A DNA stretch of 33,072 nucleotides from the NCBI RefSeq assembly GCF_001942495.1, contig NZ_MKZS01000001.1:186503-219574 (forward strand), given 5' to 3'. Source of the DNA: Moorena bouillonii PNG (GTDB lineage Bacteria; Cyanobacteriota; Cyanobacteriia; Cyanobacteriales; Coleofasciculaceae). Both the position numbers and the translations under genes were made by a program. The notes beneath the pieces were generated by a model. The model was not told the DNA's origin. It searched no databases and saw only the letters and a program-made list of their open reading frames with translations. This document shows, one piece after another, positions 26,055 to 33,072 of this stretch. The number at the start of each line of letters is the position of its first letter. The first letter of the stretch is position 1.

Positions 26055-26932
26055 AGGGCATGTCGTCAGTTAGAGAATTGACAACCAGTCAGTGCAGCTA
26101 TAGAACTGAGGGGAGTCAGGAAAACTCAACTAAGGAGGAAGTAATGCGTCGGTATGCCTTGCGTCTTGGATCAGTGGGAGCGAATTAAGGATATGCTACC
26201 TGGCCAGAAGGGCGCTTGTTGGTGGAAATGCCAAAGATAACCGCCTATTTGTTGAAGCCGTACTGTACCGATACCGTGCAGGTATTCCGTGGCGTGATTT
26301 GCCGGAGAGGTTTGGCGATTTTCGGTCTGTGCACAAGCGTCATAGCCTAGGGTCTGAAAGTGGTGTGATAGAACGTGTATTCAAGACACTCTCATTAGAT
26401 GCAGACAACGAGTACGCTGCGCTCGACGAACACAATTGTACGCGCTCATCAACGAGGGTGCTGGTGCAAAAAAAAACACCAGACGATAAACCATTAACAC
26501 AAGCAATTGGACGCAGTAAGGGTGGTTTATCTACCAAAATTCATGCCACCTGTGATGCACGCTGGTAATCCCACAGGGTTTCATCTGACCCCCGGTCAAG
26601 CACATGATTTGCAGGGAGCTGATGCGTTACGCGGGTGGTATACATGAGATTGGTGCACTGCTTGCAGACAAGGCTTACGATGCGTCAGAGCGGGTGCTCA
26701 AACGATTAAAAGAAGCTGACTGCCAAGCTGTCATTCCTCCTAAAGTCAATCGTACTCAACTTTGAACATATGACTTGCACATGTATAAGTGGCGTCATCT
26801 GATCGAAAACTTTTTTCAGAAACTTAAGCAATACAGGGCAATAGCAACTCGCGCTTGATAAAACTGCTCGTAATTTTTTGGGAGCCATTCATCTCGCCGC
26901 TTCTGTCATCTGGCTTAACTGACGACATGCCC
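26055..26932 (+). mobile_element. IS5-family insertion sequence (IS427/IS1031-like, 878 bp). It has 17-bp perfect terminal IRs (GGGCATGTCGTCAGTTA) flanked by a TA duplication. The transposase is interrupted.
   Basis: IRs at 26055-26071 and 26916-26932 with flanking TA at 26053-54 and 26933-34. The transposase fragments read 'ERIKDMLPGQKG', 'NAKDNRLFVEAVLYRYRAGIPWRDLPERFGDFRSVHKRHS', 'SKGGLSTKIHATCDA', 'GNPTGFHLTPGQAHDLQGADAL', 'LADKAYDASE' and 'YKWRHLIENFFQKLKQYRAIATR', all IS5-family hallmarks. They are spread over three frames with stops, so at least part of the disruption is decay rather than a programmed frameshift. Confidence 0.8.
26299..26925 (+). pseudogene. IS5-family DDE transposase, frameshifted and carrying stops
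   Basis: See the mobile element above. There are multiple in-frame stops, including 'GSVGAN*', 'CDARW*' and 'GWYT*'. Confidence 0.7.
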
Positions 26933-27295
26933 TAAGTTAAAGCGATTATTAGTACGGCGCACTTGGTAGTTTATTTCTATCAAGAGACGATTAAATTGAT
27001 CTTCATCCGGGTAAACACCTACATCTAGAACCTCAATGCGCGGTTCCCACTGGGTCAAGGCTCGGCGTACCTCCACTGTTAATTGTCCAGCTGTCCCAGC
27101 GCTGTTGCTGGCAAATACTAAATCATGAATACCGCAGCCAAAATCTGGCCGCATCAGCCGTTCTCCTGGAGAAGTACTCATAATCATCCAAATCGACTGG
27201 CGGACACTATCCTCATATTGCGCCATATCGATTTGTTTATTTTGGTCGAGTACTACGGGGAAACTCCATCCCACTCCGAGAAAATCAGTAGTCAT
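26915..27295 (-). CDS. Baseplate protein of the gp25/GPW family (TssE-like). The C-terminus has been altered by the IS5-family insertion.
   Basis: 'SIWMIMSTSPGERLMRPDFGCGIHDLVFASN' is the GPW_gp25 signature. The last 6 codons and the stop are encoded by the TA duplication plus the IS inverted repeat. Confidence 0.85.
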   Translation of the reverse strand: MTTDFLGVGWSFPVVLDQNKQIDMAQYEDSVRQSIWMIMSTSPGERLMRPDFGCGIHDLVFASNSAGTAGQLTVEVRRALTQWEPRIEVLDVGVYPDEDQFNRLLIEINYQVRRTNNRFNLGHVVS

Positions 27296-27310
27296 CGTTC
27301 CATCTCCTTA

Positions 27311-27736
27311 TCAACCCCCAATAAATACCTTCGTCGGCTTACCAGGCCCAGGGGTTACTGTGCCGTGGGGAGGGGGTAATTCACTACAGGTCTTAACTGG
27401 GTCACCAATGCGCGCCACTGGTTTACCCTCAATTTTCACAGAGGAACTACCCTTAGTAATTTCAGCTGTTTTGTTAGGTTCCTTGACAAACTTGATCGGT
27501 GAAGTTCCCGGTGGCGGTATTGGTGGGTGTGCCTGGGTTTTACCCTGGCTGCCCTTTAAAGCCACCAATTTACCACCAATTTTCACCTTTTTACTCAACT
27601 TTTGCTCGAATTTTCCTTGGAAAGGAATTGGCATTGGCGCTACAATTGGCGGCGCAGGAGCAGGTGGTTGACCCTGGACTTTGTGCGTACAAGATGTCAC
27701 AACTAAATCGCCTTTTCTGGCTGCCGGTTTACCCAT
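27311..27736 (-). CDS. PAAR-repeat spike-tip protein (141 aa) with a central proline-rich insert
   Basis: 'GKPAARKGDLVVTSCTHKV' and 'GKPVARIGDPVKTCSELPPPHG...VFIGG' are PAAR motifs. GGAG sits 11 nt upstream of the ATG. Confidence 0.8.
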   Translation of the reverse strand: MGKPAARKGDLVVTSCTHKVQGQPPAPAPPIVAPMPIPFQGKFEQKLSKKVKIGGKLVALKGSQGKTQAHPPIPPPGTSPIKFVKEPNKTAEITKGSSSVKIEGKPVARIGDPVKTCSELPPPHGTVTPGPGKPTKVFIGG

Positions 27737-27772
27737 GATTTTTCATACTCCATAAAACTTAAATAACAGTAT

Positions 27773-27847
<75 letters not shown>

Positions 27848-27894
27848 TGATTTTATTCAAAAACAGTAGTGTGGCACACCTCAAGTAGTGTGGC

Positions 27895-27975
27895 ACAGGC
27901 TTTGGCCTTTGGCCACGCTGTGCGAACGACGCTGGGACCTAACCCATAAGCTGTTCGCGTAGCGTGTGCGTAGCA
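27895..27975. repeat. Hairpin copy of the GGCCACGCT(A/G)(C/T)GCGAAC dispersed element. An inverted pair ggccacgctgtgcgaac ... gttcgcgtagcgtgtgcg is present.
   Basis: Direct reading. It is related to the units at 8660-8890, 18683-18712 and 29583-29603. Confidence 0.7.
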
Positions 27976-27989
27976 CATTCGCTGATACC

Positions 27990-28117
27990 TGATTGCTGAT
28001 TGCTGATTGCTGATTGCTGATTGCTGATTGCTGATGGCTGATTGCTGATTGCTGATTGCTGATTGCTGGTTGCTGATTGCTGATTGCTGATTGCTGATTG
28101 CTGATTGCTGATTGCTT
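27990..28117. repeat. Heptamer array TGATTGC of about 18 copies
   Basis: Direct reading. It abuts the stop codon of the spike gene. Confidence 0.9.
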
Positions 28118-28955
28118 AATTAATTGATACCGTCTTACCGGTAATTTTAACGTTTTTACTAGCTTTAAAGTGCATCCCCTGCTTAGTTTCAATTTTGCTA
28201 CCATTAGCATTAACTTTCAATGACTTATCTGTCTTCATATCCAGGTTATTCTTGGCAGTAATTTTGATATCTTCCTCGGAAATAATTTCGATACCCTTAC
28301 CACCAAGCTTTAGCTTACCTTCCTTAGACTCAATGGTAATCGAATTATCCTTAGTATTAATAATAATGCTGTTTTTGCCAGTTTTATCAATTACTTCAAT
28401 TTTTTCCTTATCCTTAGTATCATCTAAGCAAATAGTGTGACCACTTTGGGCAATTACTTCAATTTTGCCTTTGTCCTTAGTATCATCTAAACGGATAGTA
28501 TGTTTCTTATGGGAAATGACTTCAACTTTTTCTTCATCCTTAGTATCATCTAAGCGAATAATATGACCACTACGGGACTTAATTGTACGCTTATTAATAG
28601 TCTTTTTTTTACTATCTTCCTTGTCTTTTTCAGGAGACTCAGGTGGTTTATCTTTGCCATTCCATAACCCTCCTAGGATATAGGGAAAATTAATATCACC
28701 TTGTTCAAAAGCTACCAGCACCTCATCATTCACCTCCGGCAAAAAATAAATACCACGGTCATTACCAGCCATGGGAGTTAACACCCTAGCCCAATAACTT
28801 TCATCATTATCTGAGAGCCAAGGAAACTTGACCTTGACTCGCCCTAAGTTTTCCTCATCGCCATTGTTAGTCACTATTCCCATAGTCACCCCATAGAAAC
28901 GACCTCGTATTTCAGGGGGACCTAGCAAATTACTTAGTAAATCGATGCTTGTCAT
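28116..28955 (-). CDS. Spike protein of the gpV/gp5 family (Phage_base_V OB-fold N-domain plus beta-helix repeats)
   Basis: 'YGVTMGIVTNNGDEENLGRVKVKFPWLSDNDESYWARVLTPMAGNDRGIYFLPEVNDEVLVAFEQGDINFPYILGGLWN' is the canonical gpV/VgrG-gp5 N-domain. The C-terminal repeats 'HTIRLDDTKDKGKIEVI' occur three times. Confidence 0.85.
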   Translation of the reverse strand: MTSIDLLSNLLGPPEIRGRFYGVTMGIVTNNGDEENLGRVKVKFPWLSDNDESYWARVLTPMAGNDRGIYFLPEVNDEVLVAFEQGDINFPYILGGLWNGKDKPPESPEKDKEDSKKKTINKRTIKSRSGHIIRLDDTKDEEKVEVISHKKHTIRLDDTKDKGKIEVIAQSGHTICLDDTKDKEKIEVIDKTGKNSIIINTKDNSITIESKEGKLKLGGKGIEIISEEDIKITAKNNLDMKTDKSLKVNANGSKIETKQGMHFKASKNVKITGKTVSIN

Positions 28956-28963
28956 GATGTCCC

Positions 28964-30020
28964 GGTGGTGATAAACATGTAGTGATACAACATTTACTTT
29001 AGCCTAAATAAGACATTTGTTAATCAAAAATATAGTCACTAATATAGTCACTTGACTATCATATTATTAGCAATACTTATATAATTTATTAAAAAATTTG
29101 ATTAAAAAACTCTTATGAAACTGCTATATTTTTATTAGTAAAAAATGCTTTTTCGATAAACAAGCCCTGGTAAACAATGAATGCAAAACCTGATTTAATA
29201 ACCCGACCTAATTGCCCTTACTGCAATTGTGAGCGAACAGTTAAAAATGGCAGCACTCATAATAAAAAGCAAAAATACCTCTGTAAAAACTGTAAGAAGC
29301 AGTTTCTAAAAAATCCGACAAAAAAGCCGATACCATTGTCGAAAAAAAAGATAATAGATGACCTCTTGCTTGAAAAACTATCTTTAGCTGGCATTGCACG
29401 AGTAGTTGGAGTTTCAAAAACATGGCTCCAAAATTATGTTAATAAAAAGTATGCCGAAACTCCCCGAAAAATCAAGGTTTCCGAAAAACCAAAAGGGAAA
29501 ATTACCATAGAATGTGATGAAATGTGGTCTTTTGTTAACCAGAAAGATAATCAGCAATGGATTTGGTTGGCAATTGATGGCCGTTGGCCACGCTACGCGA
29601 ACAAAAAACTAGAGAAATAATTGGAGTTTATATTGGTGATCGTACTCGATACTCGGCCAAAAAATTATGGCAGTCTTTCCCTCCAGTAGTTCGACAATGT
29701 GCTGTGTGTTATACAGATTTTTGGGAAGCTTATAAAACAGTAATACCTAAAAAGCGATGCAGCGCGGTCTTGGGGGTTTCCCCCATGAGCGACTGCATCA
29801 AGACAACGTCACAAGCCAGTAGCAAAAAAAACTGGTAAAACTAATCATATTGAAAGATTAAATAATACCTTAAGACAAAGGATTAGTCGTCTGGTAAGAA
29901 AAACTTTGTCATTTTCCAAAAAAGAACGAAAATCACTTAGGAGCTATTTGGAATTTTATTCATCACTATAATAAGTGTTTGTCAGGTTGATTAGGCCATC
30001 ACTACATGTTTATCACCACC
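28964..30020 (+). mobile_element. IS1-family insertion sequence (1057 bp). It has 23-bp perfect terminal IRs (GGTGGTGATAAACATGTAGTGAT) and an 8-bp target duplication GATGTCCC.
   Basis: IRL 28964-28986 and IRR 29998-30020 are exact reverse complements. Direct repeats GATGTCCC lie at 28956-28963 and 30021-30028. The internal ORFs read 'NCPYCNCERTVKNG...CKNCKKQF' (zinc finger), 'IECDEMWSFVNQKDNQQWIWLAIDG', 'REIIGVYIGDR...YTDFWEAYKTVIP' and '[30 protein letters not shown]', all IS1 InsA/InsB hallmarks. Confidence 0.9.
29177..29985 (+). pseudogene. IS1-family transposase (InsAB-like), broken into three frames by inserted small elements and a poly-A tract
   Basis: Frame changes occur at about 29600, where the element GGCCGTTGGCCACGCTACGCGAAC sits. 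They also occur at about 29760-29800, where the hairpin gatgcag...TTGGGGGTTTCCCCCATGAgcgactgcatc sits, and at the A8 run at about 29822. Confidence 0.75.
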
Positions 30021-31090
30021 GATGTCCCATTTCTCCTAACCTTGAATGCTGTGCGATACCCTCGTTTATGAGAATAACTATGGGTGCTGGAGGTGACATA
30101 GTAGTCACCACTAAACTGTTTGCCCACCCCTTGGATAGTAATAACAGTAGCTGCTCGCAAGTCAGGGCGTCCGACACACAAGCCCTCCCCACTGATGTAT
30201 TCTAGGGCCATGTTATTAAATCCTCCCTGAGCGATTTGCTCAGCTTCCTCTCTACTGAACACAGGGCGATACAAACGTTCGCTGGTTTTTTTTCCACTAC
30301 CCAAAGCCGGATCTACAGCCTTAGCACCGCTCTTGTTAGTACTAAAACCAGGACTGGCTCGCCCAATGAAGGCTTTCTTGTCCTTCGGGTTCCAACCGCG
30401 CACCTCCACCTGTCCCACCTGGGTCAAGCTGGTCAGTCGGGAAGAAAAACTGAGCAAATCCTTTCGTTGAACTAGGGTCAACACTGACTTGGATTTATCC
30501 TGATGGGGCCGGAAATATAGTGTTTTATCTTGAACCACTACCTCATAACCGAGTCGTTGAGCACGGGTCTGAAGAAATTCCATGTCTGTTTGGTTATGCT
30601 GTAGTACATAGTCCAAAACCAGCTTTGTCGTTACTCCCCCATACTTTAGACCGGCTTTTTTGGCAATATCTCTAGCAATATCGCTGTCTTTCTTTTTAGT
30701 AAACGAGCGAGTGTTGTAACCCCGAAGCAATCGATGACTGTAGTCGTAGCCGCGCACTGTCAACAGAGGTATTTCCCCATGGGCAAATTCTGGTTCCAGA
30801 CCGGTAATCTGACCCATCATCAGTTTTTGCAGTTTCCCTCCACTACCCCCGTAGCCCATAAAAATCGTTACCTCATTGCCTAGCTTAAACAGTTGCGGAT
30901 CAATCCACTCCTGCTTTTCTTGGTCCCAGTTGGCAAGCTTGATGGTAAACATAGTGGGAGTACTAACGTTTTCATCCACAATTACTGCCATCACATCAGA
31001 CCGCAACTGTTGTCCCCTGATCAGAATTCTGAAGCCAGGGACTGAGGTAGCGATGCTATTGGTACTAGTTTGAGGAGGTGTCGAGAGCAT
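30002..31090 (-). CDS. Baseplate hub protein of the phage late control gene D (gpD/gp27-like) family. The stop codon is now supplied by the IS1 inverted repeat.
   Basis: 'QHNQTDMEFLQTRAQRLGYEVVVQDKTLYF' and the C-terminus 'GDYYVTSSTHSYSHKRGYRTAFKV' match the Phage_GPD pattern. The last 5 codons, 'VVINM*', are encoded by IRR of the IS1 element. Confidence 0.8.
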   Translation of the reverse strand: MLSTPPQTSTNSIATSVPGFRILIRGQQLRSDVMAVIVDENVSTPTMFTIKLANWDQEKQEWIDPQLFKLGNEVTIFMGYGGSGGKLQKLMMGQITGLEPEFAHGEIPLLTVRGYDYSHRLLRGYNTRSFTKKKDSDIARDIAKKAGLKYGGVTTKLVLDYVLQHNQTDMEFLQTRAQRLGYEVVVQDKTLYFRPHQDKSKSVLTLVQRKDLLSFSSRLTSLTQVGQVEVRGWNPKDKKAFIGRASPGFSTNKSGAKAVDPALGSGKKTSERLYRPVFSREEAEQIAQGGFNNMALEYISGEGLCVGRPDLRAATVITIQGVGKQFSGDYYVTSSTHSYSHKRGYRTAFKVRRNGTSVVINM

Positions 31091-31098
31091 GGTTAATT

Positions 31099-31950
31099 TT
31101 AGGTTAGATTAAGTACCGGGATGGTCAGAACTTGACCTGGTGTAAGGTTACGGGGATTATTAATCCCATTAGCCTTGGCAATCTCTCGCCAGAAGCTGGG
31201 GTCATTATATTCTTGACCAGCGATGCTGCTCAGGGTTTCTCCACGTCGCACAACGTGAATTGGGTCGTCATCCCGTGCCAGAGAACTGGGCTTTTCCCGC
31301 TCCTCATCTTCTTCAGGGATGAACTGGTGGAAAGTACAGTTGAGAGCGGCCCTGACTGGCATCCCATTAGGGGTAAACATAGTAAAGCGCTGGGTTAGTT
31401 GTCCAAGATACCCCTTAAAAATCAGGTTAAATGCCCCCCACCAGAGTTCACATACAGGGGGACGTTTTAAATCAGAGTCAATCAGAGTCAACTCAAAAAT
31501 CTTATTCGTATACTCTCGAACATCTACAGCATTGGGTGCTGATAATCCATACACACCAGTTAACGATGACGCCGCTGTTGCCGCTCCCGATGCAACTCGT
31601 TTGAGGGGAGAACTGCCGCCCCCGGATATACTTTCAGGTAGTCCCTCGTAGGTGTCAAAAAACAGGTCGAGAGTCAGGGTTGCTGGATCCCCACCAATAA
31701 ATTTAGTATCACCGCGATCGCGGTTTTTGAGAGTTTCATGACGCCATTGGGTTGTCTTGGTAATTTGAATTTCATTAGGATTGAATAGAGGCATTGGTTT
31801 GTTTTCTGGAAAAACCATCTGCCATCTTTTTCCTGGCTGCTCCTTGAGGATGGTTAATTTATCTAACTCTGCCCCAAAGAGGCTACTTGTTAATCCTTTG
31901 GTTTGGTTTAGTGTTTTTTGGGCTAGATTCTTAAACCCTGTTAATGCCAT
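31099..31950 (-). CDS. LysM-domain protein (Cis7/Afp7-like, or a gpU-gpX-like fusion) of contractile injection systems
   Basis: C-terminus 'GETLSSIAGQEYNDPSFWREIAKANGINNPRNLTPGQVLTIPVL' is a LysM domain. The gene sits immediately upstream of gpD-like, 8 nt from it. Its ATG overlaps the stop of the upstream gene in an ATGGCATTAA arrangement. Confidence 0.65.
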   Translation of the reverse strand: MALTGFKNLAQKTLNQTKGLTSSLFGAELDKLTILKEQPGKRWQMVFPENKPMPLFNPNEIQITKTTQWRHETLKNRDRGDTKFIGGDPATLTLDLFFDTYEGLPESISGGGSSPLKRVASGAATAASSLTGVYGLSAPNAVDVREYTNKIFELTLIDSDLKRPPVCELWWGAFNLIFKGYLGQLTQRFTMFTPNGMPVRAALNCTFHQFIPEEDEEREKPSSLARDDDPIHVVRRGETLSSIAGQEYNDPSFWREIAKANGINNPRNLTPGQVLTIPVLNLT

Positions 31951-33072
31951 TGGCTTAATCCCCTCCGCTCACTTTCTATGGTCAGATGCTGCATCAGTTT
32001 ATGGTGTACTTTCTCTACTAGTTCATCCACATCAATGTCCTCCACAGACTGATTAGTTGTAGTAGCGCCTGTTGTATTTTCTGATGCTTTCTGAATCACG
32101 GTATTTGCCTGTAAGCTAGTAGTTGATACAGTTGATATACTAGTTGATACTGATGCACCGTTGACAGATGGCATTCTTTGGATAACTCCAGAGCCATGAT
32201 CACCAATAGATGGCGAACTACTAACTCCTAGTCCGTTGCCAGAAAATGACGTTCTATTGACCCCAGAGGCGGAAAAAATCAGGGGAGCAGATAATTGATA
32301 ACCATCTTTTCCGGAAATTTCTCTAACCACTGGTCGCTCCGGGGTGGGTTGAATCAATGGCTGCTTTCCTTCGGATGGGCTGTTGACTATCTCCTTGACC
32401 ACTGGTCGCTCCGGGGTGCGTTGAATCAGTGGCTGATTTCCCTGGGATGGGCTGTTGACAATCTCTTTGATCACCGGTCGCTCCGGGGTGGGTTGAATCA
32501 GTGGCTGATTTCCCTGGGATGGGCTCTTGACTATCTCCTTGTGAAGCGATCGCTTTGGGGAGCGTTGAATCACTGGCGACTGGGTCAGGTTTCCGGAACT
32601 GCCTAGCGATCGCTTAGACTCTGTTGGCAAAGTGGTATTGGTGTTTTTTAAATTGTTTTTTAAATTGTTTTTTAAATTGTCTGAACTGACCTCTCCCCCA
32701 ACTCCTGCTCTAGTAGGAAAGGAATGTTGAGTACCACCCGTTCCTTCAGGATTAGGAGGGTTAGGCAACTTTACCAACATCTTCTCAGAACTACTTCCAG
32801 AACTACTTGATGACTGGGAGTTAATTGCTTTGGCTTGGACAACTGGCCAGGATAAGTCAGAAGATAGTCTAGTTTTCCTAGAAGGTTCAAGACCAGAAAC
32901 TAGGGGTTTGCTCTCAGAATCTGCTCTGGGGGAAGTCCTCTTAGTGGAGTTTACAAATTTTGCCTGGACAATCAATGGTTTTGTCCCAGATTTGCCCCTT
33001 TCAGAGGGTATTGAATTTGGTAACTGCTCAGTGCAATAAAGATGCTCTATTGACAAGCTGAGAGGGAAAATT
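31941..33072 (-). CDS. Repeat-containing Ser/Pro-rich protein, 5'-partial, possibly a tape-measure-like length determinant of the CIS
   Basis: The ORF is open to the window edge. It has three 20-aa repeats 'KEIVNSPSQGNQPLIQPTPERPVI' and 'NLKNNLKNNLKN', the latter from 15-nt DNA repeats. The conserved-looking C-terminus 'DIDVDELVEKVHHKLMQHLTIESERRGL' is translationally coupled to the LysM gene. The functional call rests on position only. Confidence 0.35.
   Translation of the reverse strand, partial: IFPLSLSIEHLYCTEQLPNSIPSERGKSGTKPLIVQAKFVNSTKRTSPRADSESKPLVSGLEPSRKTRLSSDLSWPVVQAKAINSQSSSSSGSSSEKMLVKLPNPPNPEGTGGTQHSFPTRAGVGGEVSSDNLKNNLKNNLKNTNTTLPTESKRSLGSSGNLTQSPVIQRSPKRSLHKEIVKSPSQGNQPLIQPTPERPVIKEIVNSPSQGNQPLIQRTPERPVVKEIVNSPSEGKQPLIQPTPERPVVREISGKDGYQLSAPLIFSASGVNRTSFSGNGLGVSSSPSIGDHGSGVIQRMPSVNGASVSTSISTVSTTSLQANTVIQKASENTTGATTTNQSVEDIDVDELVEKVHHKLMQHLTIESERRGLSQWH

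Noticed and set aside
32295-32606. Plus-strand ORF with DHWSLRGGLNQWL repeats
   Set aside because: It is the antisense reading of the 60-nt repeats inside the minus-strand tape-measure-like gene.

Overview
This 33 kb window is a cyanobacterial chromosomal segment. The evidence for that is many HIP1 GCGATCGC palindromes, heptamer STRR-like tandem repeats, a pentapeptide-repeat protein and an NtcA-type amt promoter. GC content is moderate and there are several AT-rich intergenic islands.

Housekeeping and ordinary genes:
- rpmG and rpsR
- fmt
- an ammonium transporter with a canonical NtcA promoter
- an RNase II/R-family exoribonuclease
- a radical-SAM TIGR03960/DUF2344-type fusion protein
- a cNMP-binding-domain ABC exporter
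- a STAS anti-sigma antagonist
- an OmpA-domain protein

Two accessory highlights:
1. At the left edge (1-1471, minus strand), a partial ORF is strikingly similar to eukaryotic major vault protein. It has tandem vault repeats carrying the [22 protein letters not shown] signature.
2. At the right edge (25.6-33.07 kb, minus strand) lies a phage-tail-like contractile injection system (eCIS/tailocin-type) hub-spike-baseplate operon. Gene order in the direction of transcription is:
   - a repeat-containing tape-measure-like protein (partial)
   - a LysM Cis7/gpX-like protein
   - a gpD/gp27-like hub
   - a gpV/gp5-like spike
   - a PAAR tip protein
   - a gp25/GPW baseplate protein
   - a Cys-rich 127-aa ORF

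This operon has been hit by two insertion sequences with precisely reconstructable junctions. An IS1-family element with 23-bp inverted repeats and an 8-bp target-site duplication sits exactly at the former ATGA hub/spike overlap. An IS5-family element with 17-bp inverted repeats and TA duplications sits in the last 13 codons of gp25. A 375-bp spacer full of heptamer arrays lies between spike and PAAR. No sheath, tube or wedge (gp6/gp7) genes are present in the window.

Two families of small dispersed repetitive elements occur at several loci: a GTTCGCGTAGCGTGGCC-type hairpin unit and a TGGGGGTTTCCCCCA palindrome. One composite copy is inserted in-frame inside the radical-SAM gene, adding about 95 low-complexity residues. 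Two further copies interrupt the IS1 transposase, giving nested insertions.
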